A DNA stretch of 248,000 nucleotides from Octopus vulgaris. Its lineage: Eukaryota. The stretch spans positions 14,900,001 to 15,148,000 of the forward strand of contig OX597825.1 in NCBI GenBank assembly GCA_951406725.2, given 5' to 3'. This document shows positions 198,648 through 214,173 of the stretch, one piece after another; positions within the stretch are counted from its first letter, which is position 1, and each line of letters opens with the position of its first letter. The notes beneath the pieces are model-generated. The model made no database searches and was not told the DNA's origin. It saw only the letters and a program-made list of their open reading frames with translations. The position numbers and the translations under genes were made by a program.

Positions 198648-199301
198648 GAGCGCTCCATCGCAAACGAAAAGATGAAATGAGCCATGTTGTATACTGGGGT
198701 CAATATATTATAATACCTGCGTAAGCTACAAATGTTTACAAGCCAATGGGCATCACACTTAGTATGACAGATAAGTTGAGGATAGAGCCAAGAATTTTAG
198801 AAGAAAATTTACGAAGCACCATTAGTAATCTAATTCATTTGAATGCAACGTAATAAGTATATTTCGCTTTAGATATATATATGAAAAATACTTAACTAAT
198901 GCAGAAGTTCCGAAAAAGAATAACATTTATTCTGAATGATGTGACTTTTCAAGTGCAAAATATCAATTTAAATCTAGTGGAAATTGATTTTCATTTCTAT
199001 TTACCTAAGTTATTTCAGCTTTAAAGAGTACACGTCAATATATAGAGTTGCTATATAGATAAAGATGAAAGGGTAAGCTCACCCGTATAAATTTGAATGT
199101 AAACACAATGATACTCACCTGCACACTTGAATATGTGCATCTCTTAAAAATAAGAACGAACACACAGACACACACACACACACACACACGCGCATAAAAG
199201 ATGCAGCGACGGCTACAAAGTATTATACATACACGGGTATTCATAGTAGATCCATACATAAATATATGCATAAATACATGCATACACAAATACACATACA
199301 T

Positions 199302-199336
<35 letters not shown>

Positions 199337-199338
199337 CA

Positions 199339-199388
<50 letters not shown>

Positions 199389-201081
199389 TGTATATACATG
199401 AAAGCCTATATAATATGTCTACCTATGTATATATATATCTACGATATATGTATAATCTGAAATAATATAGATATTATATACATGCTATACTATTACATAA
199501 ATGTGTGTGTGTGAGTGTATGTGTATGTATGCATCTATATATGTATATAAGTATAATTGAGAGACGACGATATTCAAAAGGGTAAAATATAGTCACAAAA
199601 GAATTATTGTGCTGTGTGACTTGTAAATATGTTGAGAAAGAACACTATTGGTAAATATGCAAATAAATATCGAATTAAAATTTCAGTAGACATCACGTGA
199701 TGTTCCTTATATACACTGGAACCTTCAGCAGACAGAAGGAGAAACTATTAAGCTTATTTTTTATATTGTTGTTAGTTAGACCGTCTTAAATTTCACAGTG
199801 AATGACAAGGTATGATGTCGGTTCTAAAATGACCAAATGAAATGAGACAATGAGTAACCAATTGTATTTTGCTTTCGATCGCTTAAAGAATTTTATATTA
199901 ATCTTGGAAAAATGTTCCTACGTGATTCAAGAAATGGTGATATACCTGAATAATTCTACGAGTTTCAGAATATAACTTTTACATGAACGTTGAATAGCCT
200001 ATTCCATTATATTTGCCATAATACCTTAACAACATCGTAATATACAAATCCAGTTCACCTTATCCATCATTATATACTCCCTGCGATGAGAATATCAGTG
200101 TTCACTTCTCTAAACAAAATAAAAAGTCCAAATTTATTTTCAATCTAGATTTCAGTTCAGATCTGTCAATACCTATTTTTCCCGCCTGATTTACACTAAG
200201 CAGTCTAGTATTTATTTAGGACATACATAACTCACTGACTGAATAAAAAAAAACCCATACAATTTCATGTACTGTGCATAGTTTTTATTTCAACTTATAA
200301 GTCGTATCCTCTCATTCATTGACAAATTATAGTTTATTTAATTTAAATCAATCCATTTGATATTTAATCAAATAAAATTACATGGACAGGTTAATGTTTT
200401 TTCTCTCATTTTATAGATTCAAATTTAATTTAATGATGATGGTTTGATAAATTGGATTATGGATGTATGTGTAGAAGTAAGTGGAAGTAATATAACACAT
200501 TTAATAAAAGTTTAATTATTCCATAATGCACAGAAGGATGCATATGGTTTTTGTTATATTGGAACATATAACGTGATAAGTAGAAGTTTTGAAGAATATT
200601 AATTTTGTGTGGCGTATAGGCGAACATTCTAAATTTCCATACCGTACAATTTGTCGGAGAAATCGTTATGAATTTTCATAAAGCTCAAACGTATATAAAT
200701 AAATTAGAAGGAAGATGAAAAGGTCGATAAGATAGTTAAGAATTGTATGTAGTTAGAGAATGTAACAGCGGAAAAGACCCGATTAGTCATCTGTTTGTTA
200801 CTTCTTACATATACTGCGTGCTACCGATTTAAATATATTGTTTTACGAAGAAAGAATCGTGTGTCATAGAAACTGTTTCTACTAACAACAATTAACAAGA
200901 AACGTTGTTGTCTATATTTAAAATTTCATCTACAATCTATGGTAACCATTATTATCAAAAGTGTTATATTTGCGTTGTACATTTTAATCAATGAAAAACA
201001 AATTCTTCAATACCAAATGTCAACCCTAATCATATTTTGATTAGTATATATGGTTCACTTTGATATCGTTAACTATTTTCA

Positions 201082-201142
<61 letters not shown>

Positions 201143-201818
201143 CATATACATACATATATATATTTCCTAGGCATATACAAAAGGATATACAAAAGATATA
201201 CAAAATTATTCAGTAAAATGTAAATATTCTTATGTTAACATTGAAATATCTGAAAAAGTAAATATATGTAAGTGAAAACGTCTGCTTAAAATATATTTCT
201301 AGGCAATATGTTTCCAAGAGAACAGAAGGCAATGCCTCAAAGAGAGATCTCCAAACACATTAGAAATCGTTTCCAATCGTACATAATGAATAGCAGTCCA
201401 TGAGGCGCTAGGAAACACAAACATATGGATTGATAATTGAATACAGTACAATAGAAACTAAAACCATTACTCTGAGTTTCATACATTTTTATCTCTATAA
201501 AAAACGGTATGATAACAGGGAATATGTAGTTGAAAATATTGACCATCTGCGAGTTTAGGATGCTGTTATCAAAGAGAATGAAATATTTCAACAATGAAGA
201601 ATGTAACTCAACAATAGTTAACCGAAGTGCTTAAATTCTAACTGTAGCTTCTGTAAAAATGATTGCTATATGTACGGTGTGTAAAGAAAGAGTGAGTGTC
201701 CATGGCTGGTACAGCCCCCACCTAGAGCAGTGAGATGATCATTAGAAATCAAATCTAAACGAACAGGGGGTTACGATTGAATTTTCATAAATTCTATTAT
201801 ATAGCAAGGCAGCAAGAT

Positions 201819-202377
201819 ATTGAGATGTCCGAAAAGTTCTTGCCGATTTTAAGAGGAAAATAAAAGGTCAATAAATACTTGCCATTACATTTTTAATCAA
201901 CTAATTATGAACCATTTTGAACATCTCCATCTTTCCTTCAACTTGAAAATACCCCCTTCCCAGAATCGAGGTGGTTTCATGGCAAATAATTAATCAAGGT
202001 ATCTTTTTACGTCATACAAGGAATTGAAATTTTTACCATTAAGACTATTCTGCAGAGACCCAAATAAGTGGAAATCCGAAGGAGCAATATCTGGTGAATA
202101 TGGAGGGTGGGGTAACACATCCCAGCCGAGCTGCAGCAATTTTTGTCTGATTCCCAAAGCATCAAGTGCCGAAAACGAACTTTCTTATCTTCCATTTTAA
202201 AGGGTTACAGAATGAACACAGGTTATAGGAACATAAACCTTCTTCCACGAAAAGATAGCTTAAAATGTGCTCTAAATGGAGGTGTGTTTAAATAATATCT
202301 TATGGACTGAACTATGTTCTAAAGTAAGTCGAAATGTAAGCTACTATAAATCGGCACGAACTTTCCGGACAATCCAA
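201819..202377 (-). mobile_element. 560-bp mariner deletion derivative
   Basis: Same TIRs and same internal junction as 146575. Confidence 0.9.
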
Positions 202378-205300
202378 GAGAAACAAAAACGTAACTAAAC
202401 CAAAAGTGAGATTATTTATGGCTAACAATATTCTCGTATTTGCCACTAATGCTTCTAGAACTGCAGCGAATATTGAAGTTTCTATTTCAAATATTCACAT
202501 TTTCACCTATTGTAGAACTCTTTCTCTAGCTATAGAGTCGCACGGAAATATATTTTATATTTTATAGAATATAAAACTAGAAATTTGAAAGAACCTTTAT
202601 TTCTGAATAAAAAAAATAAATATATAAATGTAAATAGACATTCATGCTCAACTTTTCAAGCAAGACTGTTAGGTTTTATATTCTATTTAATATTATTTCA
202701 TTGAAAACATTCTTTTTATTCCTACGAGTTTAAAGAACATCTCTCTTGAATTCTCACAAGTCTTTATCAATAATGGACAATATCTTTCAAAAGGTAATCT
202801 ATAGATTTCTGATCAATAATTCTAACTTGAGTATCATTTTTGCTTCAAAAATAAACGTAATGTTTTCTGTAATATTATTTTTGTCATCGTTAGTACTTTC
202901 TTAGTTTTCAGAGAAAAACTTTATCCGAAACTACATTGACTGTTTTTTTTTTCTTTTCTTTCAATAATAACACAGGATTCAATACTAACGCATTTTAGTA
203001 ACTTTGAAATAGGTTTCTGCATATTGTTTGCCATTGTTGTTCCTGCTGCTTAACCTTTTTCTAGCCAAGTAAATGTCAGCTGTGTTCATGATTAAAGGAC
203101 TAAAGTATTTTTGAAATTTCATGAAATTCATAACAATTGAATTACAAAAATATATTGCGTTCCTCAACGTTTCTCGTTATTTTGTTTTTAAATTTTCATA
203201 TTCACTAATCTGTAAAGGAGGAGTAATGCCAGTGGCCATTTTCTAAACCCAACCTCTTATAACGAGGAGTTGGTGCACACAGAGACATTTGATGGACGCA
203301 ATGTTTATCTGGAATTGATGGAAGTAGTTATTATTGTTGCTGTTGTTATATTAATAATTTTTTAAAATTATTATTATTAATAGTAGTGACGATGTTATTA
203401 TTAGTATTGTTCTTGTGTTTCTTTGTGTGTCTGCATGACGCCCCTTCAAATTGCTCGTAATATTTGTTTTCACCACTTTATAAAAGCCTACGTTTAATTT
203501 TGTTTTCTTTCCGCACTTTTTTTCAGACCCGACTGGGTACCTGAGGAACTGTTTAGTTCCATGCTGTTCTTGCTCTTCTCGAGTAGAAGCAATGTTTCCT
203601 GAAACCTGAAGATTTTAAATTAAAACATTGGTTTATTAAATTAAATTTCATTATCGTTATTTATGTTGTTCTTAATTTTATTGTTGTTTATATATCGTCA
203701 GCAAGAGGAGTTACAAAAATATTCATAATAGAAGCAGCGACAGATAACTAGATGAGCGAATCAACTGCTCAACCTCAGAAATCATGCAAATGCTTCCTCT
203801 CGCTACCCGCTTTTATCCAATATGGCATTGGCTAGAATAAACGTAGTGAATACGTATGGTCGCGGTTACGACGGATGCATAGGCACCTGCTGAATAATCT
203901 CAGACCCCAAATTGTAAATGTAATGGCCGTCAGTGCATGTAGAAAAACATAGGCATAAGACTTAACATCGTTTTGCGGTGGCTACGAGTAAAACACATCT
204001 TCATGTTGACTGGGATAATGAAATGAAGTAGTGCTGCTCCAAACGAGCCTGAATTTTACCAACTGAATTGATTCAGAGGTGAAATTCGTGATGTTGGACC
204101 ACATTACCGAATAAGGGCGTGTCTTCTAGATAGTAGCCATCTCGGCCCAGCAGAGGAAGGGCAACGAGATGTATTTAGGCCTAAATATTTTACATTTGTA
204201 ATGCAGATTTCCTTCGGTAATCTTACGGCAATATCAACTTAAAACCTCTAGCTCTGAGAGGGGTAGGTAAGCGCTGATGGGAAAGAGGATCCTTAATAAT
204301 TGACACCTTCAAAGTAGCAAATGCAGATCTCATATTAATAATTACATCTCAAGTAAAACTTTTGCTTCAAAAATAAACGCTGTTCTTTGTTTAAGCCGGT
204401 ATACTTCATTTAAATCGCTAGTACCAGGTTGAATGTTTGGAATTTATAGTCACGGTTTTGTCATATTTCAGTAGACGACGGGAGAACTCTCAGATATTTC
204501 GCTGTCTAGCACATATGTAGAATATTTGAGTGATTAACATATTCAACTTTTATAGATTTACCATAACAGAATCACTCAAATATACAAATATTTCGTTTGA
204601 ATATATTGAAATAAAGATCTAACACTGTCGGTGAATTGAAAGAAGAGATTTCAAACTTAAAACGAAAGCAAAACTGCAGAATTATTCGTATAGTAATATT
204701 AATTTTAATTACATATTTGTATTTATGTCGATTGATTAATGATCAAAGATATTAGAGCTTACTACTAAGTGTTATTAAACAAAGAAGTTATCGCCTCCGT
204801 TTTCTTATGGAACAACGCCTGTGAGATATAATATTAGTAGTGAACTATTCACTTCGTAATATTATCTCCGAGGTTTATTTTATTGTTTGTTTCCTTTAGA
204901 CTATCTTGCAGTTAAAATAACATGAATTCTCTATTTGGCGTCGAAGTATTGTATATATTTTCAACAGAAAGTGTCACACAAAATGGTGAGATACGATAGA
205001 ATCAAGAACCGCTTCCACTTCAATTGCCAGAAATATTTTGAATATATAAATGAGTTTGCATTGAGATGCAGATCAAAGCTAACAGAATAATCTGATTCTT
205101 AATGAAAGACTTCGCTGAGTATTTCAAATATGATTACAATTTTCTTGCACATAATATTTAATGCTTCGAAAAGTCAAATTTTTACCCAATACATTTTATG
205201 GTTTCTAATAGATGCGATTACGATTTTCTCATATTCAATTTCCCATTGAACTCTATATGTCATCTTCCGATGAACACATCATCATTGCTAGAAAAGGAGG

Positions 205301-207387
205301 ACTTTGATCATAATACGAATTTTTCTCATTTTCTTATCTCCTCGGAAAATAGACACTTGCCTAAAATATTTTGTTGCATTTTCTACTCTCGTATTTTATA
205401 GTGTTTGACTATTGTATCTCTTGCTTTCGTAGTTTCTCTGCGTTTATTTAATCATTAAATTAAAAGTACGTGTCAGTAAATAAAGTATTTAAACGCTTAT
205501 AATGAAATAAATCATGTTTTAACAAATTAGAAAATGTGGGTCTACAATGTTTTCTACCAGTCCGGTAGTTGAAATAAACCTTAAACGAATGAGAAATTGT
205601 AATGAAATGATATAAACTATGGAATTGTATAATGAATCCTCGGATGTGACATTTCTCCACAATATACAGACGAAGTACAATGAATATAAAAGAAGTGACA
205701 TCTTCAAAAATGCTAAATCAAAAGACAATTTGAGCTTGCTGATCAAGAACACCTTCATATGTTCAAGTATATTTTACTGCAGCAAAACGACATTATTTTG
205801 TTTGCTAAATAGTTTGGCCCTATTGAAATACAAGTACAACTATTTTTTTGCCATCTGAGTTGACTAGAGCAACGGGATATAGCGTGTTTTGCTCAAGGAC
205901 ACAACGCGTCGAAGGAAATTGAACTCAAGACCTTACAATTGCGAGTGGAATGCCCTAACCACTAACCAACGTGCATTCACACATACTATATACACTAAAG
206001 CGAGTATGGAGACATTGACTGTTATTTCATTTTCATGAATGCAGTGATCTGGTTGAATCGTTAGCACGTCGGCCAAAATGCTTAGAAGTATTTCGTCTGT
206101 CTTTACGTTCTGATTTCAAATTCCGCCGCGGTCGACTATGCTTTCGTCCTTTTCGGGTCGATAAATTTAGTATCAGTTGCGTACTGCGGTTGCTCTAATC
206201 GTACTGCGGTTGCTCTAATTTCGGGTCTTGTTCCTAGAGTAGAAAAGAATATTTTTTCTCTCCAAAAATACATTTATATGCCATAGAAAAAAATTTGAAA
206301 ACTTATAATTTTTTTTTAAAGGAGGCGAGATGGCAGAAATGTTTAACGGTATTTCATCTGTCTTTACGATCTGAGTTCAAATTCCGCCGAGGTCGACTTT
206401 GCCTTTCATCCTTTCAGGGCCGGTATATTAAGTACCAGTTGCGTACTGGGGTCGATCTAATGGTTGGCCCGCTCCCCAAAATTTCGGGCCTTGTGCCTAG
206501 AGTAGAAAAGAATCCATAAAACGCCGGGCAAAATGCTCAGCAGCATTTCAACTTACACTGAGATTGAATTTGCCATTCATCCTTCTGGGTCGATAAAATA
206601 AGTACCTGTTGAGCATTTCCCTCGATGTAATCGACTTATCTTCTCCAATCCCACGCCGAAACTTCTGGCTTTGTACCAAAATTAGAGAGCAATATTTCTT
206701 TTGTTATCGAGTTAACAGCGAACTTTTCCTGTATTTCATATTTACAAATAGTCTGGAATAGATGAAAGTAAGAAAATTGTTAAATAAAAGAGTTCAATAT
206801 TTATAATAGAATACACTAAATGAAAAACCAGCTGCCTATTTTTGAGCAGATGTTCAAATTAGCGTTCAGTTTTCTAAGAATGTCCTAACTACATTATCTA
206901 TTTAAGAAGTGCTTTGCTATATTCGTATCTGAATATATATCATATAATTCTTATTTTCAGCAAATCAAAAATAGAAGTATACAATGAGGATTATTCTCAC
207001 AAACCTTAATTATTAGTACGATAATCACACATTCCATTCCAAGTACATTCAATGAACCGAAATTTACCATAAGCCTGGAGACGCAGATGTAAGGCTGATT
207101 CCAAGTAAAGGAGACCGAACGTATGGCTAGCAATTATTTAAATGAATTCTACAGACGCGGCTGAATAAATATATATTTCTTGTATTTCAGTTTATTGTAC
207201 GATTTAATGCGTAAATATACGTATGTCTATGTCTTTGTTGGAGTGCGCATGGGTGTGTTTAGATAGTACACAGTATATTAATATCCATGTTTTTCCTAGA
207301 AGAATAGCTGATCATGTACTCAAACCAATTCATATATATGAACAGTTACATTAGTACACAATTACATACATATACATAATATCTGCG

Positions 207388-207430
<43 letters not shown>

Positions 207431-207721
207431 TGAAAGATCAATTCCAGTACCACAGGAATGAGACATTCATATTTAAAATGTTAAATTGAATTACTTTCAA
207501 TAATTAATTCTTATATATCAAAATAGTGTTAGAGATAGAACCACCCACAACTTCATCAACTCCAAACGATATTATATTAACCAAGCTATAGAATATTAAA
207601 TATTATACTTATTATTTACATTCATAATCCCAAACTTTTTCCATATTACTGACTACACATGTTTCATGTGTACGTATGGTATTGTTAAGACACAATGTCT
207701 CATTCAAAAATTCATATATAT

Positions 207722-207879
207722 ATGGAGTGGTTGTGTGGTAAGTAGCTTGCTAACCAACCTCATGGTTCCGGGTTCAGTCCCACTGCGTGGCACCTTGGGC
207801 AAGTGTCTTCTGTTATAGCCCCGGCCCGACCAATGCCTTGTGAGTGGATTTGGTAGACGGAAACTGAACGAAGCCTGTC

Positions 207880-207921
<42 letters not shown>

Positions 207922-208130
207922 TTGTGTGTCTGTGTTTGTTCCCCTAGCATTGCTTGACAACCGATGCTGGTGTGTTTACGTCCCCGTCACTTAGCGGTTC
208001 GGCAAAAAGAGACCGATAGAATAAGTACTGGGCTTACAAAGAATAAGTCCCGGGGTCGATTTGTTCGACTAAAGGCGGTGCTCCAGCATGGCCGCAGTCA
208101 AATGACTGAAACAAGTAAAAGAGTAAAGAG
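207722..208130 (+). mobile_element. SINE group B
   Basis: Near full-length match. Confidence 0.85.
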
Positions 208131-208431
208131 TATATATATATATAATATATTTTCTTTTCTACTCCAGGTTCCAGGCCCGAAATTAGATCGACACTAGTAG
208201 GCAAGTGGTACTTAATTTACAGACCCTGAAAGGATAAAAAGCACAGTCGACCTCGGCGGAATTTGAACTCAGAACGAAAAGACAGATTAAATATCGCTAA
208301 GACATCGTGCTTCTTATACAAGATGTGTTGCCTCCGAAATCAACTGAATATGTGAGCGAATAATAGCTAATATATTCGCATGAAACCGTTGATCAAGTCC
208401 TAAAGGTACTTCAATACACACGCAATACTCA

Positions 208432-208471
<40 letters not shown>

Positions 208472-208618
208472 AAAAGCAATAAAGATTCAAGTTAATTTAA
208501 AAGAATTTACTTGAATATGGTACCTAACTTAGATGCACCAAAAAAAACTATACTGATTTAACAATACAGTAATGTGGGGTGATTATAAGCGAGAATGAAG
208601 CAACAAGAATGGATAGGT

Positions 208619-208708
208619 TTTTAGTACAATCGTTTCATACAAGGACAGGTTTATTAAAAGTTGCAAAAATTACAGCATATAAACGTGTCCCGTACTCATC
208701 AGCTAAAA
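208619..208708 (-). ncRNA. Type I hammerhead ribozyme (H3, minus copy)
   Basis: Reverse complement of the plus copy. Confidence 0.85.
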
Positions 208709-208779
208709 TACATGTGAGTTCTCTAGACATCCTAGTGGTTGAGCCTCAACCACTAGGATGTCTAGAGAACTCACATGTA

Positions 208780-208870
208780 TTTTAGCTGATGAGTACGGGA
208801 CACGTTTATATGCTGTAATTTTTGCAACTTTTAATAAAACCTGTCCTTGTATGAAACGATTGTACTAAAA
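208780..208870 (+). ncRNA. Type I hammerhead ribozyme (H3, plus copy)
   Basis: UUUUAG-CUGAUGA-GUACGGGACA...UGUCCUUGUAU-GAAA-CGAUU-GUA-CUAAAA; 6-bp helix I, about 10-bp helix II, cleavage triplet GUA at 208862-208864. Confidence 0.88.
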
Positions 208871-209263
208871 ACCTATCCATTCTTGTTGCTTCATTCTCGC
208901 GTATATATATATACATATATGTGTGTGTATATATGTGCGTATGCATATATATGTTACATACATATATGTGTAAGTACATGTAGAAATGAGTGTGTATGTA
209001 TATTAATGCTTCTTTATGGAAATGTGCTGTATAAATCTACATATGAATAGGGAAGGATGTATATAGACATCCACAAGGAGAAAAGAGCAAAAAGGAAATC
209101 AGTCCATATTTACCATTCATTTACAATAACAATATTTAAATATCGTAAATTTTATCTCAGTTATTTAATTATTGTTATACTACTTCATATCCACTTATTC
209201 TTCATTGAATTTCGTTTTGATTTTAAAAGTATTATTGTTTTTTATCGTTGTTGTGCATAATGA

Positions 209264-209299
<36 letters not shown>

Positions 209300-209928
209300 A
209301 TTATTATTATTATTATTATTATTGTACATAGTGTTATCCCTTTTTTCTTCTCATCGTAAAACGCCTTACAACTTCGTTTATTTTCTTAGTACAGCTGTCA
209401 TTTTAAATAAATTCAAGATCGATACTGGAATCGCAGCATGACTACTATGATAAATAATATGAAAAAACAAAATTGAATACATTAAACAAAAGAAAGACGA
209501 CTTCAAGATCGAACTGCAATAGAAATAAATAGATTTGTAATTCAACTCGGCTACAGATCGAACGGAAAGAAAAATAAATTGTATATAATAGGTCACATGG
209601 AGTAACTTTAGCAGAGTTATATATTGAAGCTTTTCTACATCGAACCATCTCTCCATAGATAAAAACGTTACTACATATGGAGTCTGAAGCATATTTGCTT
209701 AAATACAAGTTGAATTAATTATACGCATTTGTATATAAATATTTATATATGTATAACAGTCTGTATTGATATGTATGTGTGTATATTGACAGGTAAACAG
209801 AAAGAGAAAGAGAAAATGACAGATAGATAGATAGATACATAGAATTTACCTATGCGCGTGTCATACACATACATATACATATATATATGCACTCATGCAT
209901 GCATGCATATGTAAGTGCATGTATGGGT

Positions 209929-210008
<80 letters not shown>

Positions 210009-210031
210009 GTATATATATGTATATGTATATA

Positions 210032-210096
<65 letters not shown>

Positions 210097-210176
210097 ACCG
210101 GAATAAAAACATAAATGTGAAACAAGGTGGAAAAAAGAGTACTCAAATACCAGTACATATCGGTTCCATTCTAGCA

Positions 210177-210223
210177 AAAACTGTCCGATGAACGGCAACG
210201 GGAAACTCAGAGTAACATGTTTT
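210177..210223 (+). ncRNA. Hammerhead H5 with CCGAUGA core
   Basis: AAAACUGU-CCGAUGA-ACG-GCAA-CGG-GAAA-CUCAGA-GUA-ACAUGUUUU within element 210094-210252, between (TA)n tracts. Confidence 0.65.
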
Positions 210224-210274
210224 GTTGAATTTTCTGCTGCTTTAAATAAAGTATATATATATATATATATATAT

Positions 210275-210308
<34 letters not shown>

Positions 210309-211719
210309 ATGCTTGTGTGCCTATTAGGTGCACTTGTTGCTAGTGTATATAACAGGGTTTTTCACTTTATATTACCAAAACTGAGGCCAAGCCTGTGCAA
210401 AACTCAAGGAAACGTTTTCTATATGAGCTTCATATACCAATCTCATGATGCTATTACCACAGGCGTTCCGACTCACACCGGCTGTTGCACATCCTGAGCC
210501 GCAGCAGCTGTTTCTTGGATTGGGATTTCCTAAATTATCCTTGGGATCTGGTCATGCGTTTCGTACTTTCGGATATTGTGCCATCTATAGGGTGGAATTT
210601 AGACAGAGATACGGTTTGTATGTTTGTATGGAATTGTTATGAGAAGCCTCGCACAGTTCTTGTATTGTTTACTCGCCTCATTTCTAGCAGTGGGTTTTCC
210701 ACAGCTAAGCCAAGACCACTGCAAGCCCTTCCATGCTACAGAACTGTATATTCGTATTTTTTTCACTGCTCCTCTGAAATTAATCCAATAGCAGGGATAT
210801 GTACATAGTAGACTTCTAAACTGATGGCTGGCTTCACATTTTTCTTCTCGCTATATCTTGCAAGGCATTGTGATTTTACCAGTGTTTAAGCTATGCCAAG
210901 AAAATATATTTTGCCATCTACAATTCTGACAGAATATGATGCAGTGCTGCAGGATATGAGCGACTGCAATATAGTCAGTATTTGCTCGAGGAAAAGTAAT
211001 AAGAGCGAACGAAGCAACTATAGTAGGAAATTGCAAAAAAAAAAGGGGGAAAAGTTGTTCTCTGAACGTCAGTAATCTATGAAAATACTTACCACAACAG
211101 GCATGTATTTTTCCTATCCACAACAAAAATAAAAATGCAGGGAGCAAAGACAACAACCATTCATCATAATATGAGAAAAACGACAGATGTGATAACATCA
211201 TATGTAAATATATCTTGTAGTAGGCAAAGTAGCCATTTCCAATTTAGTACATTACATTTGCCAGTCGGAAAATCAACATCAACAATGTTCGTGAGACGAA
211301 ACCAGTGCGTTAACTGCTTTATACAAGATGCTTTTCATATATTGTCCCAACTGTTGTTTTATTTTGCTATAGTTTTCCTAATTCTATCACGAGAAGGAAT
211401 TGTTTTTGTGATGTTTGGGATAAGAGATTTACTGAATTACCAAGCATGTTTCTTTCTTGTTTTGTTTTGTTTTGGTTGTTTGTTTTTATCAATATCAGAA
211501 CGTTATTCCATTTATCTATTTAGAGACATGAGACTTGAATAAATCTCTTTGAAGAAATGTATAACTTTATGGCTAATATGATTTGAAAAATAAAAGTCAT
211601 GTTTGCAACTATTATCGAATTGTTTACCACTTTTTCACAAAAGAAGAAAAAAAACATTCCTGACAACAACAGGCATACAAGATATTTATCAACAAGCTGT
211701 TATACGTGAAAGAGAAAAA

Positions 211720-212490
211720 AGTAGAGATAAACAGATAGACAGACGCATAGTAAGACAGAGAGAGACAGAGAGACATAAAGACAGATGGACAGACGTATAG
211801 AAAGACAGAGAGAGACATAGAGACAGAAAGACAGATAGACAGACGCATAGAAAGACAGAGAGAGACAGAGAGACAGAAAGACAGATGGACAGACGTATAG
211901 AAAGACAGAGAGAGACAGAGAGAAAGAAAGACAGCTAGACAGACGTATAGAAAGACAGAGAGAGACAGAGAGACAGAAAGACAGATAGACAGACGCATAG
212001 AAAGACAGAGAGACAGAAAGACAGATGGACAGACGTATAGAAAGACAGAGAGAGACAGAGAGAAAGAAAGACAGCTAGACAGACGTATAGAAAGACAGAG
212101 AGAGACAGAGAGACAGAAAGACAGATAGACAGACGCATAGAAAGACAGAGACAGACAGAGAGACAGAAAGACAGATAGACAGACGCATAGAAAGACAGAG
212201 AGACAGAAAGACAGATGGACGGACGTATAGAAAGACAGAGACGGAGAGAGAGACAGAAAGACAGATAGACAGACGTATAGAAAGACAGAGAGACAGAAAG
212301 ACAGATATACAGACGTATAGAAAGACAGGGAGATACAGAGAGACAGAAAGACAGATGGACGGACGTATAGAAAGACAGAGAGACAGAAAGATAGATTGAC
212401 AGACGCATAGAAAGACAGAGACAGACAGAAAGACAGAAGGACAGACGTATAGAAAGACAGAGAGAGACAGAGAGACGAGACAGAAGCACA
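211720..212490. repeat. Compound GACA/GAAA/GATA-derived minisatellite (about 34-42-bp units)
   Basis: Repeats of AGACAGAAAGACAGAT(A/G)GACAGACG(C/T)ATAGAAAGACAGAG. Confidence 0.9.
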
Positions 212491-212870
212491 GATACACAGA
212501 CGATATTAAAAAAATTCTTATTCAAACGATATTTCTTCAATAAAACAGTCATACCGATCTCTTTCAAAGATCAATGTTTGGCTAACTTCGTACATGTGAC
212601 TCATCACAATATGGTTTCAAAGTCATTACATTTCTCAGACATGAATTTACCAAATTGTATCAAGACATATTAGTTTTTACCGAATTTGAAATTTCGTAAA
212701 AAGCAATATTAATAAAAATGGTAAAGTTATTATTTTTCTGCTCTTCATATTTTCAAAAGTAGCTCCTGCATTGCTCATTTCTCCTCACTCTTTATCTCTC
212801 TCTCTTTCTTTCTCTCTTTATCTGCCCCCTCCCTCTCATTCGTTCTTCTCTATATATACATACATATACA

Positions 212871-212933
<63 letters not shown>

Positions 212934-212937
<4 letters not shown>

Positions 212938-213118
212938 TAGAGACAAAACCACTATTAGGCAAATCATACAATGAAAAGCTTAAGCCAATACATAAGATTA
213001 TTTAATTTATATTATTCAAATATATAACAAAATTATTAAAAAATATAATTAATATAACACTACGATCGTTTCATGGCGGTTAATTTCTTTAAATTTTCGA
213101 GTTACAGTCATTCATCAT
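212934..213118 (-). mobile_element. TA-embedded element with 5'-truncated hammerhead (213058-213118)
   Basis: (A)UGAUGA-AUGAC...GCCAU-GAAA-CGAUC-GUA-GUG with palindromic ACGAUCGU; its end AAATTAGAGA.AAAACCACTATTAGGCAAATC matches the 87524 fold-back. Confidence 0.6.
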
Positions 213119-213174
213119 ATATATATATACACACACGATTTAACTTATACTTATTTGTCCAAATTATTTATTAC

Positions 213175-213326
<152 letters not shown>

Positions 213327-213339
213327 TAGATAGATAGAC

Positions 213340-213425
<86 letters not shown>

Positions 213426-214105
213426 GGAGATAATATGAGGGGTTTTGTTCTCTGGTGATCTAAACGAATAGGTAAGATGAGTAAGTGCGATAATAGATTA
213501 TCCGTTAGGTTCTATGTTCACAGCTGAAATCCATGGGTTATAAACTGTGAATTTCCCAGTCCAGAACTTTCCTACATACCCACATTGCCTCTGATGACGG
213601 AATACCCAAAGTACGGACATGCTAATCTATCATTTAGGACATTGAAGCAACAGCTGTAAGAATTCAAATTCACCTTATTTAATTATATAGTCTAAATGAC
213701 TTGCGATACCCGTCCTGCCTTGGTTCTTTTTTTTTATTTTTACCGTAATATTATATATATATATATATGCAGAATTTTGGTTAGTTGAAATATGTTTGTG
213801 ACATATTTCAACTGTTAAAGCCAATTACACTGGAGTAACTATGGGGGGAAAAAAATCTTATGATAAAAGTTTGAGAAAACAGTCAATTTGTTCAGTGTTG
213901 CCATGTCTTAGAAACATGAGACATCGATACTTCGAGTTGTTTTACTTTTGTCAATGAGATGTACCTAAGTGCGCTAACATCTCGTATATACCATATAAGA
214001 TATTAATGTATATATACGTATGTGTGTGTCTGTGTTAGTGTGTGTGTGTGCATGCATTTGTGTATAAGTGTGTGTATATATATATATATATATGTCTGTG
214101 TGTGT

Positions 214106-214173
<68 letters not shown>

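Larger units (their letters stand above)
208589..208900. repeat. Near-perfect 312-bp palindrome carrying two hammerheads
   Basis: Arms differ by about one indel; centre GTGGTTGAG-C-CTCAACCAC. Confidence 0.95.

Noticed and set aside
213585-213620. CUGAUGA-CGG-AAUA-CCC-AAAG as a hammerhead
   Set aside because: G12 is missing and helix I cannot form.
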